IMG/VR virus record: IMGVR_UViG_3300028045_000020
Coordinates: 1-54,056 of that record
Source: a virus
Lineage: Duplodnaviria > Caudoviricetes
DNA length: 54,056 nt
Direction: 5' to 3' (one strand)
Under the pieces are notes generated by a model. That model had not been told where the DNA came from. It made no database searches and worked only from the letters and a program-made list of their open reading frames with translations. The first letter of the stretch is position 1; the number at the start of each line of letters is the position of its first letter. This document shows positions 28,116 to 39,500 of this stretch, in pieces. The translations under genes were made by a program, and so were the position numbers.

Positions 28116-29426
28116 CTATGTAGTGATAAACGATATACTACACGAGCAACTATATTTTTGGATCGTGAGGCGATTTGTTGGCACGAAGTCGTACTCAATG
28201 ACGGTCGGGGCACCAGTGCAGGTCTCATAACCATCTTCTCCATCGAAGTGATAGTTTATTTTAGTTCGAGGAGTGAAAGTATAAGGGACAGCGTTCTTCC
28301 ATCCAGTTACGATATTGGTAACATTAATTGCAGCCAGTTCAGACAGAAGCGCGTACTGATTGTTACAAGAAAATTTAAACCTTGGGTGCCAAGTTCCGGA
28401 CGTCATGCCTTTGTCCGTATCTAGGCTTCTTGCTATCATATTAGTTTCCGGGATCGTTACCGTCTCCCCTTGCATGACCCGCCATTTATCTTTTATGTTG
28501 GCACCCTCTTGGATCATAAAGCTACTTCCCACATTTTCCATTCCTTGCTCGATATTATCGACACTTGCCGATTTGGTATTGCTTATTATCCGTACTCGAT
28601 CACCATCAAGCACATGATAAGTATCTCCCATGAATGACCCGTCAGGAACACTATAAATATCAACAATATTGTCTGGGTCATCTATGACCGGTTCCCAGGC
28701 TGGGTAGATGTACATAGTGCCATTGATATAGTAGTTACTTAGTCCTGCTGCATAGACCCCAACGTACTCATTTTGTAGAAACCCAAAGACGTTGCTTATA
28801 TTTTTCATCGGTGGGATGACAAAATTAGTAACCGGAACGTCATTATCTGGATCGACTATGCTGGCCTTCTCAATTCCCATTAGGTGAACAAGGAAATAGA
28901 GCATATCCTTCATAGTGCAATCACGAAGATTAAAGTGTATTTGCTTTTTCCTTAGGTAATATAATTCCGGAGACATTAAGTCCGCTTGGACCCATATGTC
29001 ATTAGATTGATGTGACTCATTATACACCGTGTCTTCGTCTGGTAGGAGTTCGTCCCTGCCCTGCTCTTTAAATGGATCTTTTTTATCCCGAAATAGTATT
29101 TTCTTTTGCAAAGTAACGAGGGGCTCGATAGCCTCCTCAGAGTTTCGTTCGGTCAGATAAATTTCAACGACACACACAAGATCGGCGTAGTTACGAAAAC
29201 AAGATAGGTATTCCGAGGGTGATAGTTCAAACTCTATAAATATAAAATCGGAGTACGAGGTTAGGAATCTTTGCGATATGCGCAGACGCTCTATTTTATC
29301 CAACTGAATATTTACAGCTCCATTAGGAGAACTTATCGTACACGTAACAGATAGATATTGTGGAGTTCCTTCCCGCAGTATAGACAATACCTCTTCTTTT
29401 AATGCGGCACTTATTGGATGTCTCAT
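28116..29426 (-). CDS. Probable virion structural protein (baseplate-hub-like; gp101-like position)
   Basis: 436 aa, last gene of a four-gene block; 4-nt ATGA overlap with the upstream gene. Confidence 0.55.
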   Translation of the reverse strand: MRHPISAALKEEVLSILREGTPQYLSVTCTISSPNGAVNIQLDKIERLRISQRFLTSYSDFIFIEFELSPSEYLSCFRNYADLVCVVEIYLTERNSEEAIEPLVTLQKKILFRDKKDPFKEQGRDELLPDEDTVYNESHQSNDIWVQADLMSPELYYLRKKQIHFNLRDCTMKDMLYFLVHLMGIEKASIVDPDNDVPVTNFVIPPMKNISNVFGFLQNEYVGVYAAGLSNYYINGTMYIYPAWEPVIDDPDNIVDIYSVPDGSFMGDTYHVLDGDRVRIISNTKSASVDNIEQGMENVGSSFMIQEGANIKDKWRVMQGETVTIPETNMIARSLDTDKGMTSGTWHPRFKFSCNNQYALLSELAAINVTNIVTGWKNAVPYTFTPRTKINYHFDGEDGYETCTGAPTVIEYDFVPTNRLTIQKYSCSCSISFITT

Positions 29427-29866
29427 GGGTTAAGCTCTCCTATAAGATCCAGAATAGATTTTTTGTACTGTGGGTCGAATGTCTTTGCTCTATGGGAAAA
29501 TACTTCCTTTAGTGGTAGTAGCTTAGCTCTTGCCGCCGAAGCACGGGCAATAAATTCCTTGCTCTCCTCATCTATGTTTTGGAATCCCGCCATAAATGCT
29601 AAATATTGCCCCAACAAATCTACCATAAGTGGTATGTTCACCTCTGGCTCTATGATATCAAAGCTTACCTCTTGGAATATCATATCGATTACATACTTAA
29701 GGGAAAGTTTCGTTTCCGTCACACTATGAATATCGTCGTGGATTGGATTTACTTCACCGCTCCGAACTGCCAGGGGAAGCTCAGGAACATAGGAAGATCT
29801 AAGTACTATATGGAATCGATATTTATTAATAGCATCTACTATGTTTCCAAATATAAAGGCTGACAT
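29423..29866 (-). CDS. Hypothetical protein (gp100-like position)
   Basis: 147 aa, GAGGA RBS. Confidence 0.65.
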   Translation of the reverse strand: MSAFIFGNIVDAINKYRFHIVLRSSYVPELPLAVRSGEVNPIHDDIHSVTETKLSLKYVIDMIFQEVSFDIIEPEVNIPLMVDLLGQYLAFMAGFQNIDEESKEFIARASAARAKLLPLKEVFSHRAKTFDPQYKKSILDLIGELNP

Positions 29867-29880
29867 AAATTCCTCACAAG

Positions 29881-31158
29881 TTAGGTTATGGCTTTTGCTA
29901 AAGCGTCAAGCAATAGTATATATATTGGAATTCTGTAAAATTGTTCCTCAGAAGACAGTGTTCTATATTGTTTGGATAACGTCATGAGGTCATTCTGATA
30001 AATAACTTTTTCTGTCATGTAAGCAGAAATAAGCTTATCTACTAAGGTATACTTGTCTGGGTCATTATTATAAAATGTCTGACCTAGGATATATAGCGGC
30101 ACCAAATCTATTGTTCCTGCTTCCTCGTCAGATATAACTACATTGTAAGATCTATTTAACAGTGTGTTAATAACAGTAGCTCTCTGATCAAGTGTGTGAG
30201 TTCTGGTAGTAACAAATTTTTTCAGCTTTTCTTTAGGCACGTCCCCGGGATGCAACAGCGCATACAGAAGAGTATCATTCCTGTTAGGTACCACCGTTAA
30301 TAGCTTTTTTGGCATTATGCCAACATCCATAAAACTTAAGGTACGGTTCAAGAAGTCTACCATGTACGGATCGTATACCCCATTCTCTTTGACAAAACTT
30401 CCGTACATATGTTCGTCCCAAAATAATTGCTTGTAATGCTCTATTAGTACGTTCCTAATTATGTGTATATCTCTGATCAATAGATATGTTTCGGACTCGA
30501 GTAAGGCGTTCTCTCCGGCACCAAATTTTTGCTTTGAGAAGTATACTATTTCTGTCACGGCATCTGTTAGGGTTTCAACTTCTGCACTAGACGGAAGACG
30601 GACCAGTATGAACTCGATGGCATGGTAGGTGAATCGCCGAATGGATAATTTCTTGCTGTCGTTTACTTTAAACAATCCTAACTGACCTGGATTTATTTCG
30701 TACAGGAACAGGTCCCCAACTTTAGGATAAATTCCGGGATAAACGTAAGCTGTTCCAGTCACAGTGTTATAATTTTCTTCTACGTTCTCATCAAAGGCCA
30801 GCCCTGCCTGAAACACCAACTCAAACTCATTGATCTGTAGTAATTCTCCATGCACAGAAGATATAGTTCCATCAGCTTCTGAGGTCCGAATATTTATAGG
30901 TGCAGTTTGCTGAAAGTACACCACCGTCCCGCGCATTCCCCCAGCAAACCCAGCAAGTAGCTTAACCGTATGTTGTTGTTCATCATAATTCAATGCAGAT
31001 TTATTCGTAAAGGTATCTTTAATATAGCCTCTATCGCTGATCGAACGCTTCTCACTTTCATCAATTGCTACTGGGGTATTAATGTATTCATGTACCTGTT
31101 GCTTTAGTGTCGACGCAGATGTCGACGATATTGACCCTTGCTGTGATATTAATCCCAT
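29881..31158 (-). CDS. Probable virion structural protein (gp99-like position)
   Basis: 425 aa; GTAYVYPGIYPKVGDLF resembles a head-tail-connector beta-barrel motif; AAGGAG RBS. Confidence 0.6.
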   Translation of the reverse strand: MGLISQQGSISSTSASTLKQQVHEYINTPVAIDESEKRSISDRGYIKDTFTNKSALNYDEQQHTVKLLAGFAGGMRGTVVYFQQTAPINIRTSEADGTISSVHGELLQINEFELVFQAGLAFDENVEENYNTVTGTAYVYPGIYPKVGDLFLYEINPGQLGLFKVNDSKKLSIRRFTYHAIEFILVRLPSSAEVETLTDAVTEIVYFSKQKFGAGENALLESETYLLIRDIHIIRNVLIEHYKQLFWDEHMYGSFVKENGVYDPYMVDFLNRTLSFMDVGIMPKKLLTVVPNRNDTLLYALLHPGDVPKEKLKKFVTTRTHTLDQRATVINTLLNRSYNVVISDEEAGTIDLVPLYILGQTFYNNDPDKYTLVDKLISAYMTEKVIYQNDLMTLSKQYRTLSSEEQFYRIPIYILLLDALAKAIT

Positions 31159-32470
31159 GTGCCGTCTCCTTTGACTCAGATAAAACTAATCTATATATTT
31201 TATTCCAGTTAGTGCAATTAACTGATAGCATCCCCTCATCCGAAAGGGAAAGTAAGTTTGTCCCTATTTGGACTCCATCTCCATATACACCAACGTGAAA
31301 TTGATTGTGCAAATGGAGTGCCCCAGTGGGATTTTTAAGAATTGCTTCCTGTACCTCCTGAGCAATAGTAACCCCACTGAGGTCATCCATCAAATCTATA
31401 TACGTCGGGTTTATTTTACTGTCTAACGTAAATACTATTATGAGAAAAGGTTTATAATTAAATTGTGTAGGGGCGGCACTAACTGGCAAGCTCCAAGTAT
31501 CATACCAAGGAAGTCTAACTGCACCGCGACCACGAACTGAGGCTGTCTGAAATATAGCATCTATAGCTCTGTTCGCATGTACCACATTTTCTCTTTGATG
31601 CTGCTGTAATACCCACCTTGGTAATATGTTTTCCGGAACCAACACATTATTAATTATGATTGGATAGTGCATCCATAGAATATTTGGACGGGCAAACTGC
31701 ACCACTATGGTGCATTTAAAAGTATAGCCATCTGGAGATCGGTTCGTAATCTTTGGGGCTGGTTTAGTTGCCTCAAATGATAAATTTGTTACAACGTCCA
31801 ATACCTTTTTCTGTGTAATTAACCCTGCTACGCTAAGGGGAGAGGAGCGGTTTACTTTAAGAGAAAACTGCTTACCAGACCATTCCCTCAGCCAGCTAAT
31901 AAATTGAACATTGAACGAAGGATACTTAAGTTTATAAATATTGAACAGAGTGGTGTATACCTCATCTGGTATTTTATAGTCATAGTGTACTTCTGGAATA
32001 AATCTGGAAGGAGCACTTATAGCATAGGTTTTTAATCTTGTAAAAAATTCGTATGCTGCGGACTTTTCACCAAACTGCAGCGTGCACTCAAGTTCGATGT
32101 TGCATGGGACAGTCTGTTCTGTAACAGCTACCCCTATCTCAGAATCATGAAACACCGCGTACTGATCAAACATCCGATCTTGACATATAGGCAGCATGAT
32201 ATTGTTTGGCGTTAATGTGTCATAATGACTGTTGCGAGGTTCAAAATTTGGAACTACCTCACAGACGAATTTATTTCCCGTCGGTAAGATTAAATTATGG
32301 CTCTCGTCTATTGTAACGGTACTGGTGGTATGATCAGAATTAATATAAATGTTACTGCCGAATGTAGGCTCAGCGCCGAGGTTAGAGATAAGATTTCTCA
32401 CTACTTGTTCCGCTATGGGATCTATTATGTGTTGTTGAATTTCTGGTATTGAAGCATGTAAAGTTAACAT
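31088..32470 (-). CDS. Probable virion structural protein (gp98-like position)
   Basis: 460 aa, GAGGAG RBS; overlaps the next gene by 71 nt. Confidence 0.6.
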   Translation of the reverse strand: MLTLHASIPEIQQHIIDPIAEQVVRNLISNLGAEPTFGSNIYINSDHTTSTVTIDESHNLILPTGNKFVCEVVPNFEPRNSHYDTLTPNNIMLPICQDRMFDQYAVFHDSEIGVAVTEQTVPCNIELECTLQFGEKSAAYEFFTRLKTYAISAPSRFIPEVHYDYKIPDEVYTTLFNIYKLKYPSFNVQFISWLREWSGKQFSLKVNRSSPLSVAGLITQKKVLDVVTNLSFEATKPAPKITNRSPDGYTFKCTIVVQFARPNILWMHYPIIINNVLVPENILPRWVLQQHQRENVVHANRAIDAIFQTASVRGRGAVRLPWYDTWSLPVSAAPTQFNYKPFLIIVFTLDSKINPTYIDLMDDLSGVTIAQEVQEAILKNPTGALHLHNQFHVGVYGDGVQIGTNLLSLSDEGMLSVNCTNWNKIYRLVLSESKETAHGINITARVNIVDICVDTKATGT

Positions 32471-32589
32471 TGCTCTCTCCTCAGTTACTGGTATGTGTAA
32501 GTATATATAATAGTTTAGACGAATGAAATATTAAATTAAGCCTTCCACGCATGCTATAACCAAAATTAACCAAATAAGGATAATCCGAT

Positions 32590-33951
32590 ATGAGCTTGTT
32601 AGATAACATTTCATTGCAACAATCTTTCCCATTGTGTAACTACGGCACCGGTACATTGTACGATCTAGTAACCGGAAAGTATCGCGGGGGCAGTAATGAT
32701 AGATGGATTTTAAATGGTGGAATAGTTAATATGATTCAGGGCATTCAAGGAAAGGGCAATATGTTTAAGTCCACGATTGCCGCCGGCTTGGTCGTCAATT
32801 CCATGGCGCATTATCCAGGGTCAGAAGCTATAGTAGTAGATACTGAAAATTCTCTAATACGTGATTTGGAAAGGGTTGCCAATTTCGCGCCACATGCTAA
32901 CACAAAGGATATCGTGAGTAGGATAACCCCACTCAGCGGCATCCAGTATGACATAGGAGAATTTCATAAATTTATGGTAGAACTTTGTGTTGCTAAAGAA
33001 AAGCATAAGAAGGATTATATAATAGAGTCTCCATTCATAAACCCTCTAACGATGAAGCCCGAGAAGGCATGGGTACCTACATATGTAGTTCTTGATAGTA
33101 TCACCGAAATGAGGTCTTCTTCAGAAACTAAGTTTTTAAATGATAAGGGTATTGACGACGAGAAAGCAAGAGTCCTCGCAATGAATGATGGGCTCAAAAA
33201 AACTATACTGCTCAGCTCGCTCCGTAAGATGTGTGAAACGCACGGCATCTGCGTGTTTGTAACAGCGGCGACTGGAAAAGTAAATGATATGAGTTCGCGT
33301 ACTCCACAACCTAAATATCTACAGCATAGCAGATCAGGAGAAAAACCAAAGAGAGTTGGGGCAAACTTTGAAACTTTGACTGGTACTCTGTCTCAGGCCA
33401 TGAGTGCTTCATTTATGTCCATGGACTCTAAGGGCGAAGTCCCGCGATACCCACATGGCAAAACTCCAGGAAAAGATGTAAACGAAGTAAGCTTAGTAAT
33501 ACAGCGCGGGAAGACTATGTTGTCTGGTGGAAGCGTTCCATTCGTAGTAAGCCAAGAACATGGGATTTTGAACTCAGTAACAAACTTTAACTATTGCAAG
33601 ACTAATGGATATTTTGGTATGGCGGAAAAGAGCCATAACTGTAAGCTGCATCTAAGTCCCAAACAAAACATAACCAGAACTAATGTTAGGGAGCTAATGG
33701 GTGCTTCCTACGAGCTCAGAAGAGCATTAGAAATAACCGCAGAGCTATGTTTTATCCAACAAACGTGGAGCCCCTCGGCGGGCAGTCCCTTGACCATACA
33801 TCCAGAAAAATTATTCGATCGTCTGACTAAATCCTCAACTAAGATGGAAGACTTACTGAACACTACTGGCGTATGGACATATGATAAGAAAGCAGATCGA
33901 AAGTATATGAGTACCTTGGATATAGTAGAATTGGTAGAAGATAAAAAATAA
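32590..33951 (+). CDS. uvsX: UvsX/RecA-like recombinase
   Basis: Walker A-like GKGNMFKST, VVDTEN, Walker B VVLDS; size typical of phiKZ-like UvsX. Confidence 0.85.
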   Translation: MSLLDNISLQQSFPLCNYGTGTLYDLVTGKYRGGSNDRWILNGGIVNMIQGIQGKGNMFKSTIAAGLVVNSMAHYPGSEAIVVDTENSLIRDLERVANFAPHANTKDIVSRITPLSGIQYDIGEFHKFMVELCVAKEKHKKDYIIESPFINPLTMKPEKAWVPTYVVLDSITEMRSSSETKFLNDKGIDDEKARVLAMNDGLKKTILLSSLRKMCETHGICVFVTAATGKVNDMSSRTPQPKYLQHSRSGEKPKRVGANFETLTGTLSQAMSASFMSMDSKGEVPRYPHGKTPGKDVNEVSLVIQRGKTMLSGGSVPFVVSQEHGILNSVTNFNYCKTNGYFGMAEKSHNCKLHLSPKQNITRTNVRELMGASYELRRALEITAELCFIQQTWSPSAGSPLTIHPEKLFDRLTKSSTKMEDLLNTTGVWTYDKKADRKYMSTLDIVELVEDKK

Positions 33952-33972
33952 TTTTATACAGGAGGCAGTAGC

Positions 33973-34566
33973 ATGGCCAACTATGACATTGCATTAGAAA
34001 TCCTACGACACCACGAAGGTGGCTACGTCGTGGGTGATCCGGACGACTCTGGAGGAGAAACTTGGATTGGAGTGAGTAGAAATAATTTTCCTTCATGGAA
34101 TGGGTGGGTACTTATCGATATCATGAAACAAAGAAAAGATTTTCCCAGGGTGCCAGAAGCGGAAGCGGAAGGCTCAGAGTGGCGATCTTTTTTTAAAGCA
34201 GTTAATAAAACTTTCTACGCTTCCGAAGAGTTAATGCAGGAAGTGCGAGAGTTCTATCTGCGGGAATTTTGGCATAAAGTGAAGGGAGACGATATCACAG
34301 ATCAGACAGTAGCCAACTCTATCTTTAATTTTTCAGTAAATGCCGGAATACGGACTGGGAGTAAGATAGCACAACGTGCTTGCGACGCAACCGCAGATGG
34401 AGTAATAGGAAATAAAACTGTTGGTAGTATCAACAACACAGTTCCTGAAACATTTACACTACGATTCACAATTGCTAAGATAGCCTTTTACAGAAATCTT
34501 TGCAGCAAAAACAAGAAACTTAGAAAGTATCTATATACTTGGGTCTCTAGAAGCTTGGAGGTGTAA
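33973..34566 (+). CDS. Endolysin, glycoside hydrolase family 108 with peptidoglycan-binding domain
   Basis: HEGGY...DPDDSGGETWIGV, FSVNAG and ADGVIGNKT motifs; GGAGG RBS. Confidence 0.9.
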   Translation: MANYDIALEILRHHEGGYVVGDPDDSGGETWIGVSRNNFPSWNGWVLIDIMKQRKDFPRVPEAEAEGSEWRSFFKAVNKTFYASEELMQEVREFYLREFWHKVKGDDITDQTVANSIFNFSVNAGIRTGSKIAQRACDATADGVIGNKTVGSINNTVPETFTLRFTIAKIAFYRNLCSKNKKLRKYLYTWVSRSLEV

Positions 34567-34568
34567 CT

Positions 34569-35063
34569 ATGGACATAGCAAAATTTCTAACCGGCGGTGT
34601 CGGCAAATTGGTGGACAGTATAGGTAAGGCATTCGATGATAATCTAACCTCGGACGAAGAGCGGGCGGAGCAGGCCAACATACTAAAGAAGACAGAGACG
34701 AGTGCCAAGGTAGCGTTGCGAAAGCTCGACATTAAAGAGAGGGAGATAGAAGCTGATCTAATTAAAGCAAAGATGGCTGATACTGACAGCGCAAGAGATA
34801 ACCAATCGTTAGTCCAGCAGAGTAAGGAAGCTTCTTGGTTATCAAAAAATGTACAGCCAGCGTTGGCAGTCTTTATTATTGGGGTTACCTTCTACCTCTT
34901 CTATGTCCTCATTGCAGAAGGAACTTCTGGTTTGGGAGAGGACAGAGACCTAATATTTTTAATAATAGGTTACATAGCCGCAATGGCCACACAAGTGATA
35001 GGATACTTTTATGGATCATCTTCATCATCTAGTATGAAAACTCAACTCATGATGAAAAAATAG
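34569..35063 (+). CDS. Holin-like membrane protein
   Basis: N-terminal TSDEER, WLSKNVQP, two TM helices and YFYGSS; 2 nt after the endolysin. Confidence 0.78.
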   Translation: MDIAKFLTGGVGKLVDSIGKAFDDNLTSDEERAEQANILKKTETSAKVALRKLDIKEREIEADLIKAKMADTDSARDNQSLVQQSKEASWLSKNVQPALAVFIIGVTFYLFYVLIAEGTSGLGEDRDLIFLIIGYIAAMATQVIGYFYGSSSSSSMKTQLMMKK

Positions 35064-35070
35064 CATTACC

Positions 35071-35104
35071 TTAGCAGAGGGAGGTGCCCACCTCCCTCTG
35101 CTAA
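35071..35104. terminator. Perfect hairpin between convergent genes
   Basis: TTAGCAGAGGGAGGTG-cc-CACCTCCCTCTGCTAA. Confidence 0.7.
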
Positions 35105-35105
35105 C

Positions 35106-35534
35106 CTACGGTTTTATTCCTCTAACCAAGGATACAATTTTCATTAGAATAGGAATTGCCACCAACACAGCCAGTAATTGATAGCGTAGTTTTTGAAGTT
35201 TTGATACTTCACTAACAGTCGAATCAAGTTTAGTGGATAATTCATCCAGTAATCGCTCAAAATCTTCTAGGCTCGTCTGATGGGCGGTCAGGCATAAATC
35301 GCAATCTTCAACCTTAACGGACATCTTCTTTAGCTGTTCCACATGATTCTTATTCAGTTTTATTAACTGACTGAGGATACCCTTAGTTGCTCCGTCTGCA
35401 CGGATGAAGTCCATCTTTACTCCTGTGATGGCTTCTCTAAAATCAGTTATGTCCTGTTCGGTACTTTTACGATAATCTTCAAAGTGCGCCAGCTTGGTTT
35501 GAATTTCTCCAAATTCGCGATCTGTCTCCCCCAT
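35106..35534 (-). CDS. Coiled-coil protein with C-terminal transmembrane helix
   Basis: Heptad-like N-terminal region, C-terminal LLAVLVAIPILMKIV; GGGAG RBS. Confidence 0.7.
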   Translation of the reverse strand: MGETDREFGEIQTKLAHFEDYRKSTEQDITDFREAITGVKMDFIRADGATKGILSQLIKLNKNHVEQLKKMSVKVEDCDLCLTAHQTSLEDFERLLDELSTKLDSTVSEVSKLQKLRYQLLAVLVAIPILMKIVSLVRGIKP

Positions 35535-35566
35535 ACTACTCCCTTGATCCTACCTGCACTAAGGCG

Positions 35567-36481
35567 CTACCCCGCAGGATCGAAGCTGTAAAGTGTTTCC
35601 ATAACCTCAGTGTAGTTATGTTCGAGCGCCATTTGCGCACTTACCAACTCTCCATACATCTCATACCCAATGGCCTGAGCTTTTAGAAAATTGGCCATTA
35701 CCCTAACAAACTTTTTTGATACGTTGGCTTTCGCGTTGTTATTAACTACAGAAAACAGTTTACTGGTTATTGCATCTAACGTGTCCAATCTTTTTTGTAC
35801 TGCAGATATCCCCAATAAATTTTTTTCCATATCAAGCAACGTAACTCTCAGCTCTTTTAATTCTTTCATGTTATGAAATACCTTACTAAATGGTTTCTTC
35901 TTTCCGGGCTTATCCATATAGTCTTTTAAATGGATATTGTATAATTTGGTAGCCGCAGTAAGCTTAGCCATAACATTTGTTGCGCTCGAAGTAAAGGGGT
36001 TTTCGTAATCCTTACTTCCATTAATATCGATAATAAGGGATTTCATCATTGTAATAAATCGAGCGGATAAGTCACTGATTCCAATTGTTGTTAAGGTAGA
36101 ATTTAAGTTAGAAGTGGCTGATAGATAGGTGGCACTCATGCGACTAGGGACATCAATTTCTGCTGTCATAAATTTATCAAATGAGCTTCTCTCTATCCTC
36201 TGCACCATGACTGCATGACTTTCGGTATATGCTCTAATTTCTGAGCGTTTTAAACTTCTAGGGAATTTAAAAATATTGGTTTTTGCCGTATTCATGAAGC
36301 GACCAAACAAATCTATCATAGCGGTAAACACAGCCATGAGACTATTGCTGAGCGCCTCAGTACTAACAGAGTCATCCAATGTATCAATATATTGCAGGTA
36401 CTGATCCATAAGGTGGGTGAAGTTTTTTATAGATAAAGTATACTGTTCTGGCGATGACGAGTCTAATTGAATTTTATACAT
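35567..36481 (-). CDS. Probable virion head protein, cleaved by the head protease
   Basis: SVSTE|AL near residue 43 fits the S/A/G-X-E prohead-protease consensus of phiKZ-like phages; helical sequence. Confidence 0.55.
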   Translation of the reverse strand: MYKIQLDSSSPEQYTLSIKNFTHLMDQYLQYIDTLDDSVSTEALSNSLMAVFTAMIDLFGRFMNTAKTNIFKFPRSLKRSEIRAYTESHAVMVQRIERSSFDKFMTAEIDVPSRMSATYLSATSNLNSTLTTIGISDLSARFITMMKSLIIDINGSKDYENPFTSSATNVMAKLTAATKLYNIHLKDYMDKPGKKKPFSKVFHNMKELKELRVTLLDMEKNLLGISAVQKRLDTLDAITSKLFSVVNNNAKANVSKKFVRVMANFLKAQAIGYEMYGELVSAQMALEHNYTEVMETLYSFDPAG

Positions 36482-36542
36482 GATTTGTTCCTTCCTTTAT
36501 ATACAAGCATTAAGTTGGTTCCTATAATATATTCGGGTGTTA

Positions 36543-36579
36543 CGGTACATGAGTGGATTAACTATCCACTCATGTACCG
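36543..36579. terminator. Perfect 16-bp hairpin after tail-fibre gene 1
   Basis: CGGTACATGAGTGGAT-taact-ATCCACTCATGTACCG. Confidence 0.7.
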
Positions 36580-36586
36580 ATTAAAG

Positions 36587-39500
36587 TTACCCGCTATAAT
36601 GCTCCGCACAGCCTCTCGAAGCAATAGTCCTTGACCATTGATGCGATTTTTTAACTGTCAGCATCCTCGATGCAGTCCCTACCGCTGTAGGAGTATCAAG
36701 GAAGGTACCACCTGCTAACATTCGATAAGCTCCGCCATTCCCACGACTGTACTGTCGTCCCCGACCGTTATCGGCAGGATGTGGTATGGAACTAAAGGGT
36801 AACTGAACGATAGTGCCGCCCTTGCCGGCAAATATAAGCATACCCTCCCTCAATGAAATAAAATTTAGTCTCTGGCCGTGTAACATTTTTTGAACCTTCC
36901 ACTCGGCCCCATCGATAGACATCCAAAGGTTACCGTCACTGGCCATTGCTAAGAATATCCCATCAATAAAAACTAGGTCTTTAAAGCTATAGTTCGGTAA
37001 ATAAAAAATAACCTCCTTAGTCCAGTGCTCTCCATTTAATGTTCCAACTTGAATCTCACCATAGTCTCCGACGATAATAAAATTATTCCCATTGCAGGCG
37101 ATCTTCCGAAAGGTTCCAAGATATGGCTCAAGTGGTAAATCCACGGACGCAGGCAACGCGGTATACCAGTGTAGCCCGTCAGGCGAAGTTTGTATCTCTG
37201 CATCTTCTCCAACGGCAAGAAAGATATTACCATTGTAGTGGACATCAAAGAATGTTCCATCATAACCATTGGCATTATTGCGATGAGTCCAAATTGCTCC
37301 GTCCGGAGAGGTTCGTATCTCGCCAGACTCTCCCACAGACACAAAGATACCATTGCCCCAAGCGACGGCATGTAACGTAAGCTCATAAGGCGTAGCGAGC
37401 GATTGTTTTTCCCAAACTATCCCATCTGGAGAGGTTTGTATTTCTCCAGCTTCGCCTACGGTCACAAAGATACCATCGCCCCAAGTAACTGCGAGGAAGC
37501 TACCAACAAAAGCAGCATCCGGTATCAGTCGTATCCACATGTCTCCATTTGGAGAGGTTTGTATTTCTCCGGCGGACCCAACAAAGACTAAGGCGTCGCT
37601 GGAAGCGGCCCAGTCGTTAAACTCTCCCACATAAGAAGTTCCTATGATCTCCTTTCCAGTAACGGCGACGCGATATTTATCCGCTTCGGAAAAGGGGATG
37701 GATAGAATCTCGTTCGTGCCGGTAGTCACTAATAACTCGCCGTCCACACTTGCAACCCTACGTAAAGGTTTTGCCGAATCGCTTAAACCATCAGTATTTA
37801 AGCGAGTCCAGATGATTCCATCCGGCGACCACTGTACTTCGCTGGACTCTCCTATGGCTACAAACACCCTGTTGTCTTCATCCCAAATAATATCATTGAA
37901 GGTAGAGCTATACGCATTGGTTGGGAATTGTTTAGTCCAAATTACTCCATCCTCCGAAGTTTGTATTGTTCCATAATCACCGACAGCAACGATAAGATCC
38001 TTGTTCCCTGCGATCCCATTGAAGTGACCAGGCTGGGGCGCTTGCGAAATAGGGCCATGCTGATACGTCCAGATGATTCCATCCGGCGAAGTTTCAACTG
38101 TCCAAGTCTCTCCCACAGCTACGAACATACTACCTGTCCAGGTCACCGCATGAAGATTACTAATCCACATACCATCATCACTCCGAATAGCCTCCGTCCA
38201 TATAACGGGACCGGTATCCAAACTTACCGGGGAAGAATATTGAATTACGCCCGTTGACCCAATCACGACAAAGTAAGACCCATTAAATGCACTCCCGCTA
38301 AACGGTGCTTTGTATGGGCCATATTCGGGATGTTCCTGAAGTTCCTCATACTCCCAGGCAACACCATCTCTAGAGACGCCAACACGATGCTGCTCCCAGT
38401 AGTGACCCTGCTTGAAATAGCCATCACCTACGGCAAGAAACCATCCTCCTCCCCAAGTAATGCTTGCAAATGCTCTCGGAACAGCGTAGAAAAAGTTTTG
38501 CGGTTCCCATGAAACTTTGTCAGTGCTGGAATAAACTAATGTATCCTCACCAACAACTATTAACATATTCCCATCATAGGCCATAGCATTAAACTTATGA
38601 GTAGGATCGGAGGAACAGTCGATGGATTTTCCAACATAAGGTTCGATTTGGGTCACAGGGAAAATAGGCTCATCGGCAGTCCCAGATAGCTTTGAAATTG
38701 AAACACTATATATATTTGAATCTGAATCTACCAACATTATCTGGTTGCTACAGTACGACATGTCAATGATGTCGCCGGAAATTTCTAAAACTTCACTAAC
38801 AGAGGTCCAGTAGACTCCATTAGGTGACGTTTGGATCTCCCCAGCCTCGCCAGCTATCACGAACATGCTACCTGTGAATATAATTTTTTTGAATGTTCCA
38901 TCATAACCATTCGCATTAGGAATTAAGGTATATTGCGTGGTGTTGGTAGAATGCCGGATAACTCCATCCGCTCCGACCACAATTAATATGTCTATCCCAT
39001 CATCGTTAGTACCAACGGCGATATCATACAGATCGTCACCGACAAGATCTGCCCATTCTGTTGTAACATGAGATCCGTCTGTCTCATGCAAATGGATCTG
39101 TGCACCTCCAACGGATATTATCTCTCCGAGAAACATTGTAGCTCCGCGTATCGGACCTACGTACGGGTCTGGCGCGCCCACACCTTCCGGATCCTTCGTA
39201 AGAACTAGTAAGTTCCACTGAGCCGGATTGTCCACGCTGGCTATCCCTAATCTCGCATTGGTCGTAGTTGCAATACCCCATCCCTCCATACAGGTTATGG
39301 AAATAATAGAAGATATCTCATCATAGAGTGCTGCATTAGTTACTATGGTCTGGGTTCCACTATCATCAGCTATATAAGTTATTAGTCCGGACTCGTGCCC
39401 AATAAAAAATACTCCATAGGCTTCTGAGAACGCAAGCGACGTCACATTGAAGGACATATTTTGTGGATAACTTGTCCAAGTTTCTATATTAGTGGTGAGC

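Noticed and set aside
31088-31158. 71-nt same-strand overlap as a programmed frameshift
   Set aside because: The downstream gene has its own AAGGAG RBS and ATG, and no clear slippery site was seen.
1789-33248. Short opposite-strand ORFs over core genes (e.g. 4743..5231, 9049..9462, 21614..21946)
   Set aside because: Fully embedded antisense to well-supported genes; no independent signals.
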